From the NCBI RefSeq assembly GCF_009914755.1, contig NC_060939.1: a stretch of 64,000 nucleotides of DNA; one strand, written 5' to 3'. The stretch comes from the human T2T-CHM13v2.0 reference genome, Homo sapiens. Each line of letters starts with the position of its first letter. Position 1 is the first letter of the stretch. The notes below the pieces were generated by a model, which saw only the letters and a list, made by a program, of their open reading frames with translations, did no database searches and was not told where the DNA came from. The position numbers were made by a program, and so were the translations under genes. Positions 1 through 16,993 of this stretch are shown one piece after another.

Positions 1-2025
1 AAATTTGTCTGTGTTTGCAGATGACATGATCTTATATACAGAAACCCTAAAGTCTCTACCAAACAAAATGTTAGAACAAATGAATTCAGTAAAGCTGTAG
101 GATACAAAAATCAATATACAAAAGTCAGTAGCATTTCTACACACCAACCAACAATCTGAAAAAGAAATCTAGAAAAGAATCCCATTTACTATAGTGTTTA
201 AAAAATACTTAGGAATAAATTTAACCAAAGAAGTGAAAGACGTGCACACTGGAAACAAACTGAGGAAAAATTGAAGACAATTCAAATAAATAGAAAGATA
301 TCTCATTTCATGGATTGGATGAATTAATATTGTTAAAAATGTTTATACCACCCAAAGTGAGCTATAGATTAATGTAATTTCTAGCAAAATTCCCATATCA
401 TTTTTCATAGAAATAGAGAAATATCCTAAAATTCATATAAAACCACAAGAGACCTGAACAGCTAAAGCATATATGAGCAAAAACAAAGCTAGAGGCATTA
501 CACCACCTGATTTCAAGATACGCTACAAAGCTGTTGTAATCAAAGAGCATGGTATAGGCATAAAAAAGACATGTAGAGCAATGGAATGGAATAGACAGCC
601 CCAAAATCCACACATTTGCAAAGGTGCCAAGAATACACAATAGAGAAAGGATAGTTTATTTAACATGTGGTGTTGGGTAAACTAGATGGCCACCTGCAGA
701 ATAAAATTGGACCCTGATCTCACACCATATACAAAAATCAACTCAAAATGGATTAAAGACTTAAGCATAAGAACTAAAACTGTAAAACTACTAGAAGAAT
801 ACATAGCGGAAAAGCTTCTTGATAATGGTCTAAGCAATAATCTTTTGGATATGACTCTAACAGCACAGGCAACAAAAGCAAAAATAGACAAATGGAATTG
901 CAACAAACTGAAAAGCTTCTGCACAGCAAAAAGGAAACAATAAAGTGAACAGACAACCAATGGAATGGGGGAAATATTGGCAAGCCCTACATCTGATAAG
1001 GGGTTGATATCCAAAATATATAAGGAACTCAAATAACTCAATAACAATAAAACGAATAATCTGATTAAATGAGCAAAGGACCTGAATAGACATTCACAAA
1101 AGAAGATGGCAATGGCCAATAGGTAGGTGGAAAAATGCTCAATATCACTAACCATCAGGGAAATATAAATATAAGCCACAATGAGATATCTCACACCTGT
1201 TAGGATGACTGTTATCAAAAAGAGAAAGGATAATAAGCATTGGTGAGGATGTGGAGAAAAGGGAATGTTGTATACTGATGATGGGAGGTAAATTGAGATA
1301 GCCATTATGGAAAACAGTATGAAGGTGCCTCAAAAAATTAAAAACAGAACTACTAATTCAACAATCCCTCTTCTGGATATATATCCAAAGGAAATAAAAT
1401 CATTGTGTTGAAGATATATTTGCATTCCCATGTTCATCGCAGCATTATTCACAATAGCCAAGATGTGGAATACACCTAATTGTCCATTGACAGATGAATG
1501 GATAAAGAAGATGTGGTATATATACACACAGAGTAGAATACAACTTAGCCTTTAAAAAGGAGGATATCCTGTCATTTGGGACAAGCTGGATAGATCTGGA
1601 GAATATTATAAGTGAAATAAGCCAGACACAAAAAGACAAGCCTTGCATGATCTGACTTATATATGGAATCTAAAGAAGTTGAACTCATAGAAGCAGAGTG
1701 AAGAATAATGGTTGCCAGGGGATGGGGTGAGGGGTGGCAGAGAAATAAGGAGATATTGGTGAAAGGTACAAAGTTTCAGTCAGACAGGATGAGTTCTGAT
1801 ATATATTGTACAGCATGATGGCTGTAGTTAATAGAATGTATTTTATACTTGGATATTGCTAAGAGAGTAGCTCTTAAGTGTTCTCACCACAAAATATGTG
1901 AGGTAATGAACATGTTAATTAGCTTGATTTAATCACTCCACAATGTACACATATATCAAAACATCACATTGTATACCTTAAATATACTCCATATTTATTT
2001 GTCAATTATACCTTAAAAACTACGG
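1..2025 (+). mobile_element. LINE-1 (L1MA-class) 3' half of ORF2 plus 3'UTR, degenerate, continues past window start
   Basis: RT motif TTTGCAGATGAC (FADD) at 14-25; ORF 686-943 gives L1 ORF2 peptide KLDPDLTPYTKINSKWIKDL; L1MA-type 3'UTR (ttgctaagagagtag...gtgttctcaccaca); many stops and frameshifts. Confidence 0.95.
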
Positions 2026-2042
2026 GGAAGGAGGGAGGCTGC

Positions 2043-2596
<554 letters not shown>

Positions 2597-3201
2597 TAAA
2601 CACATCAAAACCATGATTGCGGATGCATGTCTTCTCTAGTATGCTGCAGTAGCATGGGGTGGGGGGAGGGGAATTTAATGCTCTGTCTAAAGATACAGCT
2701 CACCATTATTTACTTCTGAAAAAGTGAAGTTGAATCTAATCCTGTCAACAATCAACCTTACACAACCCATGCACTCAGTTGGATCAGACATCTTCTGGGG
2801 TTTGTGTTTTGCAACTATACTATCTTGATGAGCCCCAGCAACAGAGTTTTTAACATTATTAGATCCAGGACAGCGGCCTTTATGGAAGGAGCAGTCAGCC
2901 AGCAGCAGCTCCCTAACAATCCCACAAGCTGAGATTCTCTCTATCCAGGCAGCGTGGTAGAGAATTCTGGTGGGCCCAAACGTTTGCTAATAAGAGAGCT
3001 TGGACAGACTTAAAGTTCTTTTAGATAAAAAATATAAAATAAGACAAAAAGAAACAAAGAATACATGTTCACTATGCAGCACTCAGAGAGGCAGAAGAAA
3101 GTAAATGTTATTGGAGGCCCCACCACTCAGAGAGAAATCACCATTAACATTTTGGTGTATCTTGGAAGTTTGAGATATATAGATAGGAATAAATATAACT
3201 G

Positions 3202-3447
3202 CAGTAGTACCCCTTCATCTGCGCTTTCACTTTCCACAATTTCAGTTGCCCGTGATCCCAGTCTGAAAATAGGTAAATACAATGCAATATTTTTAGAGAG
3301 ACCACATTCACTTTTTGAGAGAGACCACATGTAACTTTCATTACAGTATAATTGTTCTATTATTAGTCTCTTACTGTAGCTAATTTATAAATTAAACTTT
3401 CTCATAGGTATGTATGTACAAGAATAAGCATAGTATATATATATATG

Positions 3448-3485
<38 letters not shown>

Positions 3486-3573
3486 TACATACATATGGTT
3501 TGGTACAATCCATGGTTTCGGGTATTCACTGGGGGTCTTGGAATGTATCCCTTGAGGATAATGGGGACTACTG
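3202..3573 (+). mobile_element. MER44A-like Tigger-family MITE
   Basis: TIRs cagtagtacccctt / aatggggactactg followed by TA; internal gagagaccacattcac and gggggtcttggaa motifs. Confidence 0.85.
3434..3495. repeat. compound (TA)n(CA)n(CATA)n microsatellite inside MER44A
   Basis: direct reading. Confidence 0.95.
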
Positions 3574-3687
3574 TACACAGATATATACATTTAGTTGTAA
3601 TACTGTATAAATTTTATTATAAGGGTGTACCTTGGATTTATTTATTTAGATGTACCATAATTTAACCAATCCTTTTCTGATGATCCT

Positions 3688-3910
3688 TGCATTAGTCAGA
3701 ACTCTTTCTTTTGCAAATGACAAAAACTCACCTTAAAACCAACTTAAAAGAAACAAAGAAATATATTGGCTTTAATAACTGGGAGGCTCAGGCACAGCTG
3801 AAACAGGGAATCAAAGGATGTCAGACTTCTGTCTCTCCAGCCCATGGTAGGCTCTCCCCATATGCTCTGTGAAATGGCTACCAGCTGCTCTAGACTCATT
3901 TTCTGTAGGT
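3688..3910 (-). mobile_element. old MLT1 (J/K/L-like) LTR fragment
   Basis: tgcattagtcag...ttgcaaatgacaaaaactc...tattggct resembles an antisense MLT1 end. Confidence 0.6.
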
Positions 3911-3919
3911 TTAATAATC

Positions 3920-4035
3920 TGTGGCAGAGATTGCTATTAGCCTACCCAGTATCCTACTGGAACCCCATTTTTATTTAGGAAATCAGTGTGCCCAGGTAAA
4001 AACTACATTTCTGAGACTCCCTTGCAGGTAGGATA
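3920..4035 (+). mobile_element. MLT1J-like LTR 5' fragment
   Basis: tgtggcagagattgcta...actacatttc...ctcccttgcag. Confidence 0.6.
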
Positions 4036-4049
4036 TCCACATACAAGAC

Positions 4050-5632
<1,583 letters not shown>

Positions 5633-5972
5633 AAACCTAGCCTCTTATTTTATTTACCTTTTGATCTGAAGACAATCTTCTATTATTTGATAACTTCATC
5701 TGTACCTGCTCATGTATCTACCTCTAGAACTTCTGTTGCATATGGTAAATATATTTCCAAGACCTCTCCTCCATTCAAGGCCAACCTGGAAGTCACCATT
5801 CACATGTGGTAAAAGGTGTTCCAGCAACCCACCCCCGACCCCACTCCTGGCCCCAGTGGAGTTTTGCAATCACCATGGCTCTTTCTGAGCCCTTCATTGT
5901 TTGCCATTTCTCACAATTTCTGTGTCTCTTTCTTAGGGGCTTGGGAGAATCCCTTAGGCCTGTCTTCTAATT

Positions 5973-6150
5973 GAGTGGTTCCAAAATCTGAGTAACCCAT
6001 CAAAATACTTCCAGGCATTTGTTAACGCTGTGGGTCCTTAGCCACCACCTGAGGATTCCGATTCTACAAGCCACGGGTAGGGCCCAGAGACTCTTTTTAA
6101 TACAGTGCTCTGGATGATTGGTGACTTTAATTCAGCTAGTTTGGCATTTG
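5973..6150. mobile_element. MER5-family hAT MITE
   Basis: agtggttccaaa start and gggtagggcccaga core. Confidence 0.55.
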
Positions 6151-6582
6151 GAAACAGCTTTTATAACTCACTAATTCCTCGTTCTGTGATATCCACCCTG
6201 CTATTTCCTGCTCTCTTGAGAATTTTATTTCAACAGTGTGTTTCATCTCTAAGAACTCTACGTTGTTCTCAGACTGCTCTTTTTCATAACAGTTTTTTTT
6301 CTGCTTTATCACTGCAATGTCCTCTCAAATCTCACTGAGAATACTAATCAGAGGATTTTTTAAAAGTTTTTTTGTCTGTATTATTTTCGGTGTGTGCTCG
6401 GATTACTCACATTCTGAGACTTTTCTTCCTTGGCCTGTGCTGTCAGCGTGGCAGAGCCTCCGTACACAGGGAGGCCACTTGGCAGGATGAAGACTAGCGC
6501 TAAAGTGAAGCTATCGCCTCAGCATGGCTGGAAATTTCCATCAACAGGCACCCAACAAGTACTTATCCGACATCTCCTAAGG

Positions 6583-6740
6583 TAGCGGTTTTCTACCTTG
6601 GCTGTGTATTAAAATTATCTGGGAAGCTCTTAAAACTTCCAAAACCTGGGCAAAGCAACGAAACCAGGTCTCAGGCATCAGTACCTGCCAAAAGCTTCCC
6701 AGGTGATTTCAATGTGTATTCAAGGTGGCAAACCGCTAAT
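6583..6740. mobile_element. MER5-family hAT MITE
   Basis: agcggttttc...aagcttcccaggtgatttcaatgtg...aaaccgct termini. Confidence 0.7.
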
Positions 6741-6746
6741 CTAAAT

Positions 6747-6912
6747 CAACCGTTTTCAGAAGTTCATGTGATGTGAATCAGTTGGGGATCTTAGTAAAAA
6801 GTAGATCCTGATTCATAACATGTGACATGGAGCTTGAGAGTCTGCATCTCTAACAAGCTTCCACGTGATGCCAATGCTGCCGCCCTCGGTTCTGTTCTTT
6901 GAATATTAAGGG
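6747..6912. mobile_element. MER5A1/MER5B-like hAT MITE
   Basis: tgagagtctgcatctctaacaagcttcc...gtgatgccaatgctgc. Confidence 0.7.
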
Positions 6913-6919
6913 TCTATAA

Positions 6920-7105
6920 CAGTGGGTCTCAAAGTGTGTTGTCTGGACCAGCAGCAGCAATGTCACGTGGGTGCTTGTTAGAAATTCAGTTCTCCGGACT
7001 GATCCCAGACCTTCTGAATCAGAAACTCAGGGAGTGGGGCCCAGCATCTGTGTTTTAACTTCCCAGTGATGTGAACGCTTGCTCAAGTTTGTAGAGCATA
7101 CTTCT
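6920..7105. mobile_element. MER5A hAT MITE
   Basis: cagtgggtctcaaagtgtg...ggaccagcagca...tgaatcagaaactc...gtggggcccagcatctgtgttttaac. Confidence 0.85.
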
Positions 7106-7159
7106 CTAAGCATGAGCCTCTGAGCCCCTGAGCCCCTTCAACAAAAGCCATGTGGCTTT

Positions 7160-7291
7160 ATAGTGTGCACATTTACGGACCCCTTCCTAGGCCACCCCAT
7201 CAGACTCTCAGAAGGTGAAGCGGCAGATTGTGCATGTTTAACAAGTTTCCCAGGTGACGCTGATGGATAGCCTAACATTTAAGAACGGCTG
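7160..7291. mobile_element. MER5-family hAT MITE fragment
   Basis: atcagactctc...tttaacaagtttcccaggtga...taagaacggctg. Confidence 0.6.
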
Positions 7292-9002
7292 TCTCTGGCA
7301 GCTCGGCCCTGTGAGGCCTCTGAGAATGTTTCAGTGTCCCAACATTGAAGCGGTTTTGGTTATTTGGATGCCCCAGGCTATTTCTACCCGGTTAATTACC
7401 TGTGTAGAAGCTTAACACGATTAATTCAGGTGGATACCATCTTGGATGTCCCATAGAACCCTATAATTATGTGTGAAATACACATTTAATTTAAGCACAA
7501 GGGGAAAGATTACCCCGATGACTCTGAGGCCGTAGGGTATGCAGAGCAGATGCTGAGCAGAGCTTGGAGCTGTTTCCTCATAGACCTATGCCATAGCCAT
7601 CTGAGGCCAGTAGAATGTTCAAGATTTGGGCTTTCCCGATCCCCAAGTTAGTCTTGATAGTATCTACTGAAGCGTTAATGCCACTAGTTTACCTAAACTC
7701 AGAAAAAAATATAGTTGACTATTTAGGTTAATAACCAGCAGAGATAAAAGTGTAATTATTTGGGTAATTTGACCACAAAATGTGCAAATAAAATATAATT
7801 TTTCCCCAAAATATGTGTTTAAGGTCTGAGTTGTCAAAATCTCATTGGTCTCTTCCTTTGACTTGTGCAGAAACTGGGTCTGTAAGTGTTTGTTTTTGCA
7901 GAGAATACATTTTAATGTGCTATGCTATGACATATTAAACGAATGGAGAGACTTTGGTTCAGAAATTCTTTTTTTCCTCTGTACTAGCCAAGCATTTCAA
8001 ATGATTTGGCTTTGGCTTCAGTGTTCCTTTGGAGAGCTGATTTTTTTGTTGTTTTTTTGTTTTGAGGGGTGGGGGTTAGCCTCAGCCATTACCAAAGGAA
8101 AAAAATCAACTCCAAAGTGCAAAAGGAACAGCCAAAGGAACTCCAGAACTGCCCACCCCACCCCTGGGCAGAAAAAGTAAAATCACAACACAAAACAGCG
8201 CAACAGGCCGTTCCCTAACGAACTGAAAACAGTTCTTTGGGGAGTGTTTCCTGCCCAGGGCCTGCTTTCCCTGCTGGTTTCTGGGCTGCCGCTGGAAAGG
8301 GGCCAGGCTTCGGCACCTCCTTGCCTTTGATTGCTGTTTATCCCCTGAAACATGATTAGGTATAATTACGTATAATCTCTCCCTTGTTTACCCTTCTCCA
8401 CCGAAGCTTGAACGTGGTTCAGTTGTGTCTTTCTCTTTGCTGTGCCTGAGCACAGCAAAGAAACATTTCCCGTATTTTCAACTTTATTATTTTTTTAAGA
8501 AATAGAGGCATTAGGTATCCATTTGTCCCTTCATTCTCCCAAGCCTGACATTCTGGCAATTTCTGAATTGTTTCATCCAACAACGACAGTTGAGTGCCAA
8601 GCATGGTGCTAAGTGCCTTGGAGGAGTTAGAAGTGAAACCTAAATAGACCCTTCTCCCAAGGATTTCCCATAGTAAGTGTCTCTTTACATGGGAAAAGAG
8701 TGTAATTGGAACATAATGGGAAGAAATAAAGCTACTCATCTTTTCTTCACCAACAACATACCAATTGTCAATATTTTCTCTCTTGTAGTTATTTGCTAGT
8801 TTAATTCTTGACCCTGAATTAATCGTTGATAGCTGAGTTTATTAGAGGCAGGGGTCCACGAGTATCCTATTTGGTTTCTTCCACTATAGGCCATCTCTAC
8901 TGCTCTGTTTTCAAGAAAGTTGAGTATTCTACATGCAAAGAAGATCCCTAAACCAGAATTGGCACATGAATACACGTATGCAATGATATGAATCGTGCAC
9001 GT

Positions 9003-9158
9003 AGGCTCTGGGCACAGTCGCACAAGATCCCATGCTCAGAAGGACCCTGTGCTTGGTTTAATGTCCTCCTGTCACCACCTTGACATTCTTAATACTTTTG
9101 AACAAGGGATTCTGCATTTTCATTTTGTACTGGGCCCCACAAGTTATGTAGCGTTTTC
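9003..9158 (+). mobile_element. MER91A-like hAT element
   Basis: cagtcgcaca...gctcagaagg...cattttcattttgtactgggccccacaagttatgtagc. Confidence 0.75.
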
Positions 9159-9542
9159 TGCATGTACCCCAGAACCTATTTTTTCTGTGGCATTCTCATC
9201 CAACTTTGAGCATAAACGAATGGAAGTTCATCCAGAATCTGATGGCATAGAGCGAGAGGGGAAAGAGCAGAGTCTGTGTGTGTGTTCATGTGCTGATGAC
9301 TTTTGTGGCACTCCTCCAGCCTATGTTTAGATTTCTTTAACATGCCTATTAATCTTGTCAAGTTTCAGCCCAGCTCTTCTGAAATAGAACTGACCCCCAA
9401 AATCTCCTGGCAATGGGCTGTTCAGGCCTGTCCCCTTTCTCAGAGTATCCTGCTCACTGAGGGGACTGCTAAAGGAATATCTGTCTCCCTTAGAGGGAAA
9501 CTGCTACTTCCCAGGGATTGAGTTTAGAAGACAGACCAAGAG

Positions 9543-10475
<933 letters not shown>

Positions 10476-10884
10476 AGTGTAACTAACACTTCCAGGGGGA
10501 ATGTTTGATAAGCCATGTCCCAAGGGAGGGGAGATGGAACCTGTTTGCCAAAACAACAGGGAATTACATAAGGGGAAGCCAGTGTTCACTCTCTAAAACC
10601 TTAATTTTTAGATTCTGGAAGGAGAGAGGGGAAGGTTACTTCCTGAGCTGTGAAGAGGTTCAGACCCTTCTCTAAAAAGGGTTCTGGGAGAGAAAGAGGC
10701 TCCCAGGCCTGTCTACACAGCCCAGTGGTGATGAAGAAAAATGTATTTTCCTTTGACACACCCCTTTGAGTGGTCTTATAAGGTTTGCTTTGTATTTGGT
10801 GAGGCAAATATTGGCAAAGAAGTTGATTTGGTTTTTGTTTTGTTTTTAAGATGAAAAGCAAAATTTTAAAAACCAGAGCTTTAA

Positions 10885-11035
10885 AAAGCCTGGAAGAAAA
10901 TATGCCAAAATATTATAACACTTGATTTTGGATGGTAGACGGATGAGTGGGGTTTTTCCCTCTTCTTTTTACTTCAGGCTTTTCAAAAATTTTACAGTCA
11001 TATCTTATCATTTTTATAATATAAAATGTAAGTTT
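10885..11035 (+). mobile_element. L1ME-type 3' end fragment
   Basis: ctggaagaaaatatgccaaaat...tttttataat pattern. Confidence 0.55.
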
Positions 11036-12534
11036 ATCTAACATTTAAAATTAAAGGTTTAGAATTTTAAAATAAAGATATGAGCATGTATTTAAACATG
11101 CTTGGGTCACCTACCTCAGCTGAGAGCTTTCTCCTGTCAGTTTCTAACACTAAACCTTAAGGAAGAAGGTAGGAAATCAGTTGACTTACACTTCTCACTT
11201 TGACATTTTTAAATCTTAGGGGATATTTGTATGCAAACAGGAATGTGAGCTATGGTTGGCAGAATTTATTTCTACCTGCGGAACATTCCCACCTGAATCT
11301 CCAGTATTCCTCTGCAATTTTCAGAGCAGAGAGAATCAAAGCCATTAAAAAGCTGACTGTGACATCAGGCTGAAGAGAGGCACAGATGTCCTCCCCAGAA
11401 ACACTACTTGCTCTTACCCAGGCAACAGAGGCTTGAGGACTAACCTTGTAAATTACCTGGCATGTGTAAGTAACAATGTTTGCAAGAAAGTCTTTCAACC
11501 TTTTTTTTTTCCCCAAGACAGTACTGGTGGCTCTTTCAAGTTCCAATTATAAATTTCCAAATCCCAGACATTTGGGTGCCAGGCTGAAACAGGGACTGTT
11601 CGTGCTAAGACTTGTAGTAAATTGCAACAGTGTGGAAAGTGGGCGGTTTGTTTCCCAGAGTTCAAGCAGGGACTGTAACTGCCAGTGCCATCTCTTTGAG
11701 ATGCTTCGTGCCCGGGGCTCCTAGCTCTTCCAGGTTGGGAAATAGCTCTCATACCCGGAAGAGGCTGGCCAGAGGAGTGACCAGCAGGAGACAGAACTCA
11801 GGCCTGAGGGCTCTAGGTTCACCAATATAAAAGTAACTGCTTAATGCGGCTTCCAGCTATGAGAAGAATATAAATGAACACCGCGTTCTTCCAAAGGCCT
11901 CTAATCTGAGACACCCAGGGATGATACATATGTATGTGTTAAATTTATCTACAAAGAGTCAGGACTTGTGGATGTCCCTTTACGGCTTACAAGCCGAAAT
12001 GTGTGCAGCAATGGAAGTTAACTTCACAGATATTGTCTTGTTTCAGACAAAAGGTCACTGGGCTGTCACTGAGAGACTCGGTGAGGAAAAAAAGATGGTG
12101 CAAAACGCCTCAGGATGGCAGCATCTTGACTTGGGTAAACACCAGTGTACCGCGTGTCTTCTGCATGCCTATACACGTATGTCTATACCTCAGTCAGATG
12201 AAGAGCACCACAAAACTGGTATTTAAGTGATTAAGTGTATTTGAAATTTTATTGATTCTAGAAGAGGCAGCATATGAAAAGAGACTGGGCAAGCAGAAAG
12301 GAGTCTGTAGGCTGCAAATGAGAGAAGGATGTACTGTCTCTGTGGGTGACTGGGAAGTGCTGGGCGTGGAGAGAAATATTTGAATTAGCCACCACCCAAA
12401 TACGATAAGCCAGATGAAATACGGCTGCTGGCTCGCCTGAATGTGGCAATTCCAAAGGTGTGGAGGCAAATCTCACTGTACAAACTGCCCCCTCACAGGT
12501 TGGCAGCAAGACCCATAATTCAGAAAAAAGGAGA

Positions 12535-12542
12535 TGACGTCA
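12535..12542. promoter_or_regulatory. full palindromic CRE motif TGACGTCA in unique sequence
   Basis: exact motif; function untested. Confidence 0.3.
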
Positions 12543-13091
12543 GAAAGACCCTCGCCTCCAAAATACAGCCTCTCAGGTCAGAGGGAAGGCACAACCTTCT
12601 TCCTAACACATCAGAGGGTTTCCTGAAGCAGTCAGCGAGAGACACGTCGGCACTCGGGAAAATGCAGATGCCTGGACTTCTAATACCTGGGATTCCAGGC
12701 AGGAAAGGACAGCTTGGATTTTGATATAGACGGTACCACTTGAACTGGGAATGAACCGGTCCTAGAGCAGGTTTCTTAGGAGAAAAGGCTCTAAAAACAA
12801 ACAAAAACCCTGAGAGAAGATGGTCATCCTTTCAAGAGGCATCTACAAGAGTTGTAACACTAACTAGATGTGAGGCCTGGGCAAGGGCACAGAGAGATCA
12901 TGACTAGCAGGAAAAATGCAAGATAATGTGGGACACAGGAAGCTCTGGAGGTCCAAGAGCAGTTCCGGGAATGCTTCAAGTCTTCTCCTGTTGGTGGAAG
13001 CTGGGGCTGGGGACACCAGGAGAACCAAGAGCTATTTGGAAAAGGGTGACGACTTCTAGAAGCACCTGTTGCTAAATCTGAACTTGGAAGT

Positions 13092-13240
13092 TACAGTACA
13101 GAAAGCACGGACTGTGACATCAGAGAGATCTGACTTCATTGCTTCCTACCTTCCCATGCTTGGCTTAGTTAACCCATTTGAGCCTCAGTTTGTGAATAAT
13201 AAAACCTACTTCACAGGGCTATTGGGAGGATTTAACAACA
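13092..13240 (+). mobile_element. MIR
   Basis: core tgagcctcagttt...acctacttcacagggctattgggaggatttaa. Confidence 0.75.
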
Positions 13241-13879
13241 AAATACTGACAAATGGGCACTCAAAACATGTTAGCTCCTTTCTCCTTCATTTTATTCCCT
13301 ATTTAACTTTTGATTCATGTCTTTTACTCTTTTTGTCCAGTTACGCTTTTCTTCAGTTTCAACTCCCTCTATTGTCTTTCAAACAATGGTGGAGGCTGAA
13401 GGTATGTTTCAACCCCCCTTATCCTTGGCCATGCCTCCAAGAACTCAGAGCTCTGAGACCTACTTCCTCCTCATTGTCAGATAGGTTAGACATGCAGAGG
13501 GCTCCTAAACACCACAGAGCTGACAGTGAAGCCCCATGTTGGCTTTGATCTGAATCTCCCTTCTAGAATAGTCTTGAGGACCTCATTTCTCTTGGGGCAG
13601 GCCACTCATAACTTTAAATTGGATTATTGTCATTCTTGTGCCCAATAATGCTCAATTGTAAGGTTCTTCCAAAATCTTTAAGAAATCGTCCTGCTCAGCC
13701 TCCGATGCTGACACTCTTGGACCAAATACAGCTGAACTTGTTCTGATTTGCACAGCCGATAACTCTGGGATCTGTTCACTGTTTTGAAGATAAACCAAAA
13801 CTAGGTCAGGCTCTTATCCAAGGCTAAAATCAGCACACGATGTTGAGGAAAGCAGTCAACAAACATAAAGGCATTTAAG

Positions 13880-15210
13880 TTCTTTGAGTTACTTGTATTA
13901 GATAATATGTTCTCATGGTTAAAAATATTTTAAAAATATATAAAAAGTGATAGTGAAAGTTTTCTCTCCCATCCCCCATCCATCTTGTTCTCTATTTCTT
14001 TCCCCCAAGACACAATCCCCATTTTACTATTTCACATTTCCCTCCACTTTTCTTTATGCCCATGTAAATATATATTTTTATTTTCTCCCCTTCTCACCCA
14101 AAAGGTAACAATCCATATACCTTGTTCTGCATCTTCGCTTTTTCTACTTGGTGATACACCTATGTATTTTAACAAATAAAATATACATAAAATATATAGA
14201 GAGATCCTTATGTAATTTTCCTTGCATTTTACAAATGCATAATATTCCATAATGTGTATTTACTGGTTCAGTCAGATCCCAAATGATAGACACTTGGGCT
14301 GTTTTCAATCTTTGCCAAGATAAACAATGCAGCAATAGCTTAACTTAGGCATCTGTCATTTTGTACCTGTGTGGTAGATCTGTAGGATGAATTACCAGAA
14401 ATAGGCTATTGCGGTAGAAGGTCAATGCCTTGTATTTTAATAGATATTATCAAATTGCTCTCCACAGAGCTGCGGCATTGTGGACGTCCCCCAGCATATA
14501 TGTATAGGGGAAATGCCTGTTTTCCTGTAGCCTCACCAACAGAGTATGTTGTCAAATGTTTGGATTTTTGCCAGTCAGATATGTAAAAATTGATACCTTA
14601 ACATCATTTCAAATGGCGTCTTATCACATTACTCTTATTATGAGTTAGGATGAGATCTTTTCATATATTTAAGGATCATTTGCATTTTTTCTCTGAATAG
14701 CCCATGTCCTTTGCCAATTTTCTGTTAAGTCATTGGTCTTTATTTGATCAATTTTTAGGCCTCTTTATATAAAGAAAGATGAATCCTTTTTCTGATGAGT
14801 TCTTTTTTTCTGTATTTGTCGTTTGTCTTTTGACTTTTTATATAAATTTATTTATCATAGTTTTTATTTGTGAACTTTTGGGGTTTGAGTCATTAGAAAG
14901 GTTTTTCCTACTCCAATGCTACAGCAGTTGCTCCATTGTTATATTTGTCCATGTTTTCGTCTAGCATTTGTATGATTTTATGTTTATATTAAAACATATA
15001 CTTGATCCATATGGAGTTTGTTCTAGTATACAGTAGTATACAGTATAAGGTAGGGATCCAAATTTACCTTTTTCCAGAGGGCTGTACACTTGTCCAAATA
15101 CATTTACTTATAAATCCATCTTTACCTGCACTGATTTAAGATATACCCTTTATATGATACATATTACACTCATGTATTTCAGTCTATTTCTGGATTGCCT
15201 ATTCTGCTTC
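13880..15210 (-). mobile_element. old L1ME-class fragment
   Basis: antisense L1 3'UTR/ORF2 features (gatagacacttgggctgttttc, cctcaccaacagag, aggtagggatccaaattt). Confidence 0.75.
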
Positions 15211-15308
15211 ATACAACCCTGGAGCTATATCAAAGGGTGATTAAGAACATAAGGCTTGGAATCAAGTTACCCAGATTATTTTATTCCAGGTAATTTGACT
15301 CCAAACAT

Positions 15309-15765
<457 letters not shown>

Positions 15766-16353
15766 TAAAACAAAATTTTTACAAAATCAAAGCATGTGTG
15801 ACCTGGAATAATTTATCAGCTTTTTCAACCTGTAAAATGGGATTAAATGTGCCTTGCGTTAAGCCTGGCACAGGGACACACTCAAACAATGTCAACAATG
15901 AGGATCATAATGTTGGTATGTTTTCCAGCTGCTGGAGGGAGTGCCTCATCCTTGTCCGTTTATGTAGGACCTCTGTAAGGATGCTGCTGTTTGTACCACA
16001 AGTCCGCTCCTTGTGTTCCTGAAGTAGCTGAAGCATGACTGTACCAGCAGGGTTCCCTACCATATGGGAGATGCCCGGTGATCTCTGCACATTCCAAACC
16101 CCTGTGGAAATGGTTCTGTCCTCCAGTGCCTCTCTGAAGACCTCAGGCCCAAGTCCTTGGGGGAGGGGCTGTGGAATAAGTTCCCAGACTGACATCAGGC
16201 TCTCCCTTCATAAGCTCTAACAAAAGCCTTCCCTTCTCTTTCATACTAAACCTTCATATAAATCAACTCCTCATTGTGGATCTGTCCTTCAGCTCATCAG
16301 ACATTCCTAGACAGGTTTGAATCTCATCTGAGACATAGGACAGGTCTCTTTCA

Positions 16354-16354
16354 A

Positions 16355-16386
<32 letters not shown>

Positions 16387-16401
16387 CACTCTTACACACA
16401 C
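16354..16401. repeat. (CT)n(CA)n microsatellite
   Basis: direct reading. Confidence 0.85.
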
Positions 16402-16641
16402 GGATAAACACATGCATATTATCAGAGACCTGTGGATCTAAGAATGTGAAGGAATGAGTCCTGAGGGATTGAAGAGAGAGGCCATTTGCAATTCCAAAAA
16501 GCCCTGCACTCTCAGAATGGAAATGTGAGTTAGAAACCCAGTGTCACTCAATGTTCAGGCTTTCAACTGTCTACCCGTGTTCAAGATCTCTCATTGTGCA
16601 GACCACAAGTAGGTTTTGTGGAGGACAGCAAAAGAAAGTGA

Positions 16642-16993
<352 letters not shown>

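Noticed and set aside
682-1305. 207-aa ORF, the longest in the window
   Set aside because: Antisense frame of degenerate L1 ORF2; the hydrophobic composition is a by-product of the A-rich L1 strand.
13069-13548. 159-aa ORF
   Set aside because: Non-ATG start, overlaps a MIR and pyrimidine-rich sequence, no recognisable domain.
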